Assembly (NCBI GenBank): GCA_002189035.1
Contig: CM007989.1
Location: 6,200,001-6,264,000 of the forward strand
Reading direction: 5' to 3'
Source of the DNA: Utricularia gibba
Taxonomy: Eukaryota > Plantae > Magnoliophyta
DNA length: 64,000 nucleotides
Below, piece by piece: positions 55,548 to 64,000 of the stretch. The notes under the pieces are model-generated. The model was given only the letters and a program-made list of their open reading frames with translations. It did no database searches and was not told where the DNA came from. Both the position numbers and the translations under genes were made by a program. The first letter of the stretch is position 1, and every line of letters starts with the position of its first letter.

Positions 55548-57420
55548 GTCTCTGATACCAAATTGTAATCCCTCATCTCAAAGGAGTTTGCACACACATC
55601 ATGAGTCTCAAGAATAATCCGAAAATCACATCCACTAAAAACACAAAAAGCTATTGAATAATATAGTTCACAAGGAAAACACTTCCTACAAAAAATTACA
55701 AAAGTGGATATACATAGAAATTGTGACTTTCAGATCTTTTTCTAGACTCGGGTTACCCCATCAGTGCACCCCACTCGACTTCCTTTACAGCTGCCCTAGA
55801 CTCTGGACCCACACATGAAACCGTGGACTGCCTTGCTAACCCCACCCCTAGGAGTTTCATGGCTTCCACAACCTGAACGAAAGATGAATTGCTACTGGCA
55901 CTTCGACCGAATATAGGCACCGCTCGAGGGCTCACACTACATTGACTAGTGGACACTATGTTAACCTCCCTTACATTCGCTAGGTTGCACAATTTCATCT
56001 TGTACCATACTCTTCTCCTACAAGATTGACCCATTGTCGCTCTTTCTTCAAAGTTTCCATTCTAGCCCTTTGTTAATTTCGCCCTAATTCCTCCCCCAAA
56101 TCACTTAAAGAATATTAGTGTTAAGCGGGCAAATCGTGGGGTGGGTACTATTCTCTACTCGATCTCCCTTTCCACTGGCTTTGGGCACCTTCCACCTCAA
56201 CATGTGATGACTCTTGCATGCATAATCGTGCTTGCTGCACACATAGCAAGCTTCCATATGGACATGCTCACCCTCGCCCTTGCCTGCGAGCCACCTAACA
56301 CAACACTCCCATGCACTCTACATGAGTTTCCTCTCAAAGCATCCTCCCTCGAGCATCCACGGTTTGTCTCACAGAGCATCCACTCATCCTCTCACGTGAG
56401 CTCCCTCCCATGAAAATCTCATAACCCGACTTCCGTGCACATGACATCTTCACCCGTCTTCTCAATTGATGCATGCTCAGCTAGTGGCGAGAGTCACATC
56501 TATTGATCCCCATTCTCACTCCTAGACACAGTTCAGGATGGTGCTATCACATTTGTAGCTCTGTCTCCCATGTGGTGTCTTCTAGTACCAGATTTGCCCA
56601 TTATAACTTCAACTATGTGATATCTCATCCTTGATGCATAGTAACCTTCCGTTCTAAGATTTTTAGTGGTTTCACTCTATACGTGAGGTTCTCTTCGACA
56701 TTAAACTAGTCATTTTTTACCTCTCTTCCCGGATTTGGAATTTGTTTTCAAACCTGAGAGACATGCAAGATGTTATGTATCCCCACAAACTTCAATGTAA
56801 GAGCAAGTTGGTAGGCTACTTCCCCCACATTCTTTAAGATTTGATATGGAACAATGAAATGGGATCTTGATTTTCCAAATTTGATACTTCTTATTAGTCC
56901 TCATTAGGGCAATACACAGATATATCTTTCCTCCCATTTCGAACTATAAAGGTCTCCATCCCCTATTAGTCCAACTCTTTTGATGATTTTGGACAACTTT
57001 TAGTCTTTCCCATATAACCTTTACCTTATTCTCCATGTCTTGAATTAGTTTGGGGCCTGTCACTGCATGCTTGCCCACTTCATCCTAGTATAATAGGGTC
57101 CTGCTTTTCTGTCTGCATAGCACTTTGTATGGAGACATACCTAAACTCACCTAATAACTATTGTTGCATGCCAACTCTGCCAAGAACCCTCGTTGATCCC
57201 AATTCTTGGGGAATGTGGGGCGCTCACCTATAGCGCATCCTCCAACATCAAGATCATTCGTTCTGATTGGCCATCTATCTGAGGGTGCATTGTTGTACTC
57301 ATGGTGTTACAAAAAGAACGACTTTTTTTGTCTATTTTTGTACATTTTTTAGTTCAACACATCATAGTATCTCCAAATTTGTTTGGCACATTTTGCGTCC
57401 AACGCAACCATTCAAGATGA
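55548..57420 (-). mobile_element. Ty3/gypsy integrase and C-terminal relic, LTR and PBS
   Basis: Minus strand: HPQIDGQSERMILMLEDAL (integrase), GEVAYQLAL..IHNILHVS (post-integrase), then an LTR ending GATTACA at 55564 and PBS TGGTATCAGAGAC at 55560-55548. LTR start is about 56059 (after AAGGGCTAGAA) or about 56400. Confidence 0.8.
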
Positions 57421-57779
57421 AGTTAGGAAACTAGATGGGTTAGAAGCCTTTGAATTCTAGGTAATTGGTTGAATTCCTATCGCCTGAATTCATACCCCAG
57501 CAAAAAAATTTTAAAATTCTAAGTACTTGTATATCATACTCATTTCTAATAAAAATACTTACGTATCATCCCCACTTGTGATGGTTGAGGAATTGACCCA
57601 AAGTTATGTCTATGTAGCACACTCACTGATGATCTATATGATTGTGAATGATTTAGAGCTATATCTTCTTCCATTGATGAACAATATGTTATATTTAGCT
57701 TATTGTTCCTAGAAAACTTCTTCTTTTGATTTGGCATTGTATCTTCTATTTGATCATGACATAATCTGAGAAGACATTG

Positions 57780-58330
57780 AGCGAGTTGGATGCTACCGAT
57801 CATACATATAGAGGAATCATGTATCAATTTTCTAGAAATGCAACAAATGAACTCAAACCAACTATAATCAATTTTCTACCAAAACATTAGGAAAAAATAG
57901 GAGTGAATCTGCATGAGCACTTGAATAATGTCACAGCTATCTATACATCTTTCAAATTAGAAGAAAAGAGTAAAGGGATCTAATTTTTTGAAGCCAAGAA
58001 GCATAACTGATTGGTCTATTATGAAAAAAGTTTTTTAAGTAAATATTTTTCAACTTTTAAGGTAGAAGGAATTCAAAAAGAAATCAATGACATTGAACAA
58101 TTGAATGAAGAATCCCTTCATGAGTATTGAAAACATTTCAACTATATGTTAGGATCATGTCCACATTTCAAACTAGTGCATTGGTAAAGCATTTTTATGA
58201 TGGATTATTTTGTATTCATTATGCAATGATTGACTTAGTCGTTGTAAGTTTTTTGAAAAATAAAACACCTATGAAAGCTTTAGCCTTACTTGAAGAATTG
58301 GCTAGGCATATCATTAGGAAGTGAGTATTG
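57780..58330 (+). mobile_element. Gypsy (Athila/Tat-like) gag relic
   Basis: EESLHEY*KHFNYMLGSCPH near 58110-58170 resembles the gag ESLxEYWERFKxLLxxCPHH motif; heavily degenerate. Confidence 0.55.
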
Positions 58331-60818
58331 AACATAAGGGTATGTAAAGTGAAGTGCAAGTTCAAAACATCAAAATACTCAAGGTAAATAAGGTGTAAGT
58401 AACCCTCATGTCAAGATCCTTAGCTAAGTACTCCTACCCACAAACCTCAATTCATCACAAAATAAAACAAAAAACACAAATTCATTAACTACGAAATATG
58501 CAAGGTTTAATAGAAGAAAATATCAACATATCTTAATAGTAACTATAAACTAACAAGTGCAATCAATGCGACTTTTCCTTCATAGCTAAGCCATTTCTCC
58601 TCAGCATGCGCTCCTTATCACTCAAATCTCACTTCAGTCCCTATCACCATTGCCATCCTTGTCATGTACACGTGGAAAGGTAGCACTATTGAGTCTTACC
58701 TTAGTTTGGCCTAGCGGGCCTTCCTTAAGCATGTCGGGTCAATCCTACTCATTTTGACCACCAAATCTTATCTTGACTTGGTCTTTCTATATCTCAATAT
58801 TTACTTGTTAACCAAGTCTCCCCATTTCTCATGAGTTTCTTGGTGGACTTAGTCTTCCAACAACCCCTAGGGCTCCACCTTGGCATACGAAATGTGGCCC
58901 TGGGTCCGTGCCCTTACATTAGAAGTAGTTTTTTCTTTAATAGTTATAATTGTTGTAGATACTTGTGTTTCAATATTGGTTTGAACATACGGCTTGGCTT
59001 TTTTTGCAGTATATAATACATTGATATTCTTATGATTAAAAACGTTACTCTAAAGGTTTGTTTAGTTGATAGAAATATGGTGAGGGGGTTTTATGTTAAT
59101 GAGAATTATATAAAGTAAGATGAGGTGGGATATCATCTTTGATTGTGTTTGGTGAATTAGTATGGAATTATGTTATATTGCATTCAGTTGTTGGTATTCA
59201 AATATATGAGATCAAAAGAAGATAATTTACTGAAATAACTTTTTGGAATTTAAGTATATTTTTCCTAAAAATAAACATGGGTGGAAGACAAGGTTAGTTT
59301 GGTAAAATTTTATCATGGGAATAGATAAAGTAATGGGGTGTGGTTACTTTATATAATTCTACCAAAAAGGGTTTATCAAACCCATGTATAATCTTGAGAT
59401 ATATAAACTTATAAATCAAACACATTAATATCTAATAACTATTAATTAATTCTTCCTTATATCCCCAACGAAACATTGCCTAAAATAACAAGTATAGGTC
59501 TTAGTGAATTTGTTCATCTTTCATTTGTTTTTTTTTTTTTTTTTTTTTTTTTGTAATGTGCTACATGGATTCTCCATTTACATTCTTGCTCCACAAACAT
59601 AAGACAACGAAGGTCGAGAACTCTTGGCTCACTATCATTCATAATATATTCCTTTCCAATTCAAATCACATGATTCCACATAGTATTTCAAAAGTCTTCT
59701 TTATCTACATAGAGTTGACCAATTGTAACTAAAGATTCATATTCCTCTTTCTCAGATTGAGTAGTATTTTTGTAGTTTATGTCATTTTCCTTGATAGACT
59801 TATTTGCTTCAAGTGATAGTTCTACTCATTATCATAATCTCAATATGCATCACTATCAAGATTTGAAACTTGTCCAAAATTGTAATTTACACATTTTTCT
59901 AATATATGAAATATGAATTAGGTTCATACTATATATCATAAATTAAAATTATAATATATCATCGAGCACTAAAATTAAGAAAATTAATTGTATAATAAAT
60001 ATTTTTTACTTTTCTCTTGAACCTAATGCATCATCATAATTTTCAACATTGATATACTAAAATACATTGGCTCTCCTAAGTGGGAGGATCCAATAGGCCA
60101 CGTTTGGTTAGTGGGTAGTATTTAATCCCGGGTTTAATTTATTTGAGTTTAGGTAAATGGATTTTATGAATTTAGAAGATTATTCATGTTTGGTTGATGG
60201 TTTAATTTATTTGTATTTAAGATGAAAACACGTTTGGTATATGGGTATAAAATTAGGTATATGATGAATATGTCATGAAATTACCAATATACCCTTTAGT
60301 TAATTAAAATAAATTATTACATATCTTAGTTTTCTATATTATTTTGTAAGTTCAATCGAGCACTTCATAACATAAATCACGGTATATAGTTAAAACTTTA
60401 TTTTATAACAAACATTGTGTAATAGCAGATGCGGTGCTTGTCTTCTTCTTCTTCTTCTTCAACAGATTTGAACATATCTGAACAAATGTGCTATTTGAAT
60501 AAATCTGATATAGATCTGTAGAAATTCTAACTTTCAAAAAGATTGATGGATAGATCTGCATTTGTGGTATTTGCATCTGGTTTTTGGTAGACCTACACTT
60601 TAATTTACATGAGGATGAAGATAGAATTGAAAGCAATGTCCCTTGTTTAGCTAAACCAACCATCCTCCTGGGTTTAGTTAAACCCAACTCAGCGGATTCC
60701 CATTCGGTATATAGGTAAAGATAATGAGAAGTAAGCAATTATAGAGATCAATCACAATATGTTTTAAATGGAAATAGTGAACACATCACATGATAATCAA
60801 ATAATTCAATTAAATAAG

Positions 60819-62009
60819 TGATAAGTAATTTTATGTCACTTATATTTGTGCTTTTTAGGACTCAGTTAGATGGGTTTTACATTCTTTTTATCCCACTTTC
60901 CTTATGTTTTTAGAAGAATTTTATATCTTTCATACCACTTTGATCTTTTTGGAGGGAAAGTGTGTTTTGTGATTTTTCAGGATGAATTTGGAATAATTTG
61001 GAGGATTTTCGAGCTATTTTGATGGAGTCTAAGATTTGGTCTATCTGGATGAAGACTCGGTCAAAGATTCTTGGATAAGATAAGATTCGCATCTTATCTT
61101 GGAAAACTTGAATCTCATCCTAGAAGATTTGTATCAAATTTTAGAAGATTCGCATAGAAGATTTGATGTGATCCCATCAAAAAAAGCTGACAAATCCCCA
61201 CTATTATATAAAGATCCAAACGCGAAAACCTAAGGGGGAGTCAAGTGATGGACGACCAGAGAGTCAAATTAGGGTTTAGGATCGAGTCCAGCATGTTTTT
61301 GATTCCTTTCCTTTCATTTTTCATCAACTTTTATTGTTTAGAGTCAAGCATGCGCATGTGAGCGCTTGCGGCTGAGGATCTGTTGTGAAACCTTGCTTGC
61401 GAAAGTTCTGCGTGTGTGGCTGTCTTACCATGTTTTTCAGCATTTAATTTGAGGTCTGATTCTGTTTTTCGCAACGTTTTCTTTACCAACATGATCTTTA
61501 GTAACATATAGCCCTAAGGGAGTGTAGGAGAATCAAAGGTTGGCATCAAGCACCTAAGGAGAAGGGCTCAATCGGACATCGTTGGTAAGGCACATTCTGT
61601 CTAATCTGTCTGCGAGGTGAGAGGTGTAGGGATTAGATTTGGGTGTGGGGAAAACATGGGTTATCACAAGAGATGAAATGGCTCTGGTGGCGTGGTTGAT
61701 TCCATAATCCCACAAAACAAGAGACGGTGCTATAACGGTCACCGAGTAGCACTATTTTAGCATAATATCTCCAAAGCTTGCGCAAGCAGGTCAGTATTCA
61801 AGGTTTGCACACACGCAAGGTCGAGTTTCAAGTAAGGTGTATCTTAGATCCAAGTTCACTTTTATTATTCTTTTCAAAACCAAATATTTCTTTTGTTTTC
61901 GATCTTTTTGAATCTTTGTTTGAAAAAAATATTCCAATAACAATTCCCTGTGGATACGATCTTATTTTATTATTTCGACGGTTTCTGTGCACTTTCAGAA
62001 TTACCATCA
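60819..62009 (+). mobile_element. Probable gypsy solo LTR (about 1.19 kb)
   Basis: TGAT...ATCA inverted termini; flanks ATAAG and ATATG (4/5 match); 3' end TCCCTGTGGATACGA...GTGCACTT resembles Athila/Tat LTR ends; no PBS follows. Confidence 0.55.
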
Positions 62010-62367
62010 ATATGTTTATTTCAAAATAATAAAAAAATTACAAATAATCAATTATGTTTTATTACATTGATATTTGAAAGCGGTAGAAAATTAAAAGTCT
62101 CAAGTAAAACAAATGCTTAGTAAAAAAAACTTCCTTATCGGTTGACATTTCAGACGATAGAAGAAGGGCGCGTGAACAAAAGTTTGCACAATATCCATAA
62201 TCTTTTTACTCGTTATTTGTATGAATATTTTAATCGTTATACAAAAGTTGACATTTTATACATATTTTATCAAACAATATGTCAGATTTTATATTTTATT
62301 TTATAACTATAATTTTAAAAGTATTTTTATTTTAATAAAAATATATGTTGTATAATTTATTTAGAAA

Positions 62368-62371
<4 letters not shown>

Positions 62372-62415
<44 letters not shown>
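62372..62415. repeat. (AT)22 microsatellite
   Basis: Direct reading of the sequence. Confidence 0.95.
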
Positions 62416-62418
<3 letters not shown>

Positions 62419-62855
62419 ATTTTTAATAATTTATATATATATACATAATAGTATAATAGATTATGACAATCTCTGATAATGTAGATAAATATACGACAGA
62501 ATATATTTTTATTAAAATACATATACTTTTAGAATTATAATTACATAATAAAATATAAAATCTAACAAAATGGGTATAAATTCACTCACATAACAGATAA
62601 TAGGTAAAAAAAATTATGGAAAGTGTGCGGCAGTGCACTTTTCTACTTAACTCTGCTTTAATGCGTTTCCTGGAAGATGCTGCTGCTGCTGTTGCAGCGA
62701 CTTCTTGTAGTGCGGTGGAAGGGTTGTACAACAGAAATCAATCATTATTTGTCTATGATGTTTAATCCAATGCACACAAGATGCAAATGTACGGTATGGA
62801 TGGATCTGATGCATCATTTATGAACAAGAAATGGAGAGGATCTGCTCGTCGCTGG

Positions 62856-64000
62856 CTACTTGTGCTGGCGACCAAGGTGTGGATGGAGTCCCAAAACGTG
62901 CTCCGGCATGAAATCGTGCCTCGTCAGGATCCCGACGATCGGAGGCCTCTGCAAGAAGGATGCAGATTCAATACAAAGCAATGGAAACACAGCTAAAAAG
63001 ACAACCAGAACTTACTCCTGGTGTTTTGGGGACAACACAGAGGTGTCTGAGGCCAAGTTCTCTGAAAAGGAGAGCCGCTTTTGCAAGGGACATGGTCTCA
63101 ACCACGGTGTAAGGAGATGTATTGGTGATCGGATGCAGATCAACGTACATCTCCATTTCCTCCTTGCTGATGTCCAGATCCTCCAACTTTAGACCCTTTC
63201 CGGACCCGGCCTTGGCAAAGTCGAAGGCATGACAGCTGCGGAGAAGTTGAGACCCTGAGGGCACCATTTGCTTTGTGAAACATTTTATCTTGAGCAGCAC
63301 CAGCAAATGCGACCTCAGCACAATCCCACAGAGCTCTGATGCACCTGTGAGTGGTGGCTCATCAATCACAGGGAACCCGTGATGCCGAGTCATCTGCAGG
63401 GCGTGGACTATGTTTTCCACTTTCTCAATGCCACAGAATGTGATCAATGGACCAGTGCATACATCCCCCGCTGCTAGCTGCCTCATGTACGGTTCAGCAT
63501 GGGCTTCCAGGTAAGGCAGGCCCTTCATTCTCACTATCTGATCGTACACACCCTTGTTGAAACTGTCTGCCACAGTTTTTGATACCAGAAGAACCAGCAT
63601 AAGCAATGGAAGCATCAACAGATCATTGGTAAGTTCCAGCAGTATCACACACAGAGAAACTGTCATTCTCATCGTCCCCCAAGAAATGAAGCAGCCCCCA
63701 GAAGGGAAAACAAGCCAACATCAAGACTAGATATAGAAGCCAGCAGTCGCCCAACCAGACGTCCATAAGAGGCTCCAGCAAGAATCACAGGAATGAACAG
63801 ACCAGATGGGACCGCAATTCCATAAGTAATGATACCAAGGAAGTAGATTGCAACAAAGAAGATGAACAATGTATAGAGATGAAACTCATTTGTGTTGTTC
63901 GAACTGAATAAATGACGGATGGCATCATCATTAGTGTTAAAGAACAAGGAGGCAAGATCATTGTAATGACCAGGAGGACACTGGAAGTTCTTGTAGTTGC
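62856..64000 (-). CDS. CLC-c: Chloride channel CLC-c-like, 3' part (5' outside window), apparent 1-nt deletion
   Basis: Exons 64000-63016 and 62948-62856. HYNDLASLFFNTNDDAIR, GIAVPSGLFIP, FLGG/MRMTVSLC, YDQI, CBS domains, ends RPPIVGILTRHDFMPEHVLGLHPHLGRQHK*. Frame changes at 63676-63680. Confidence 0.93.

Noticed and set aside
59050-59485. Tourist-like MITE (also a similar start near 60095)
   Set aside because: TAA flanks are present but the TIR match is poor; cannot be supported without a genome search.

Overview
Plant (angiosperm) nuclear genomic DNA with compact introns and very AT-rich intergenic tracts. Genes in order: laccase (+, apparent 1-nt deletion), organellar tRNA-modification GTPase MnmE (+), GPCR-type G protein GTG/COLD1 (+), Rab7/RabG3 (+), DHRS12-like SDR (+), URGT-type nucleotide-sugar transporter (-), class III peroxidase pseudogene (+), OEP21 (-), a small plastid-envelope-type protein (+), U-box/ARM ligase PUB43/44 (-), GPI mannosyltransferase PIG-B (-), and the 3' part of a CLC-c chloride channel (-, apparent 1-nt deletion). 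Transposon content: a composite copia (3.7-11.8 kb), two non-autonomous hAT elements with 8-bp TSDs, a TRIM-like relic, a tandem PIF/Harbinger cluster, gypsy fragments and a probable solo LTR. I found no evidence for a new multi-gene system. The best leads are non-canonical splicing (a probable GT-GG minor-spliceosome intron in Rab7, a second U12-like intron in PIG-B, a GC-AG intron in MnmE), unusual transposon architectures, and single-base lesions that may be assembly errors. All alignments were done by eye and family assignments come from recalled motifs.
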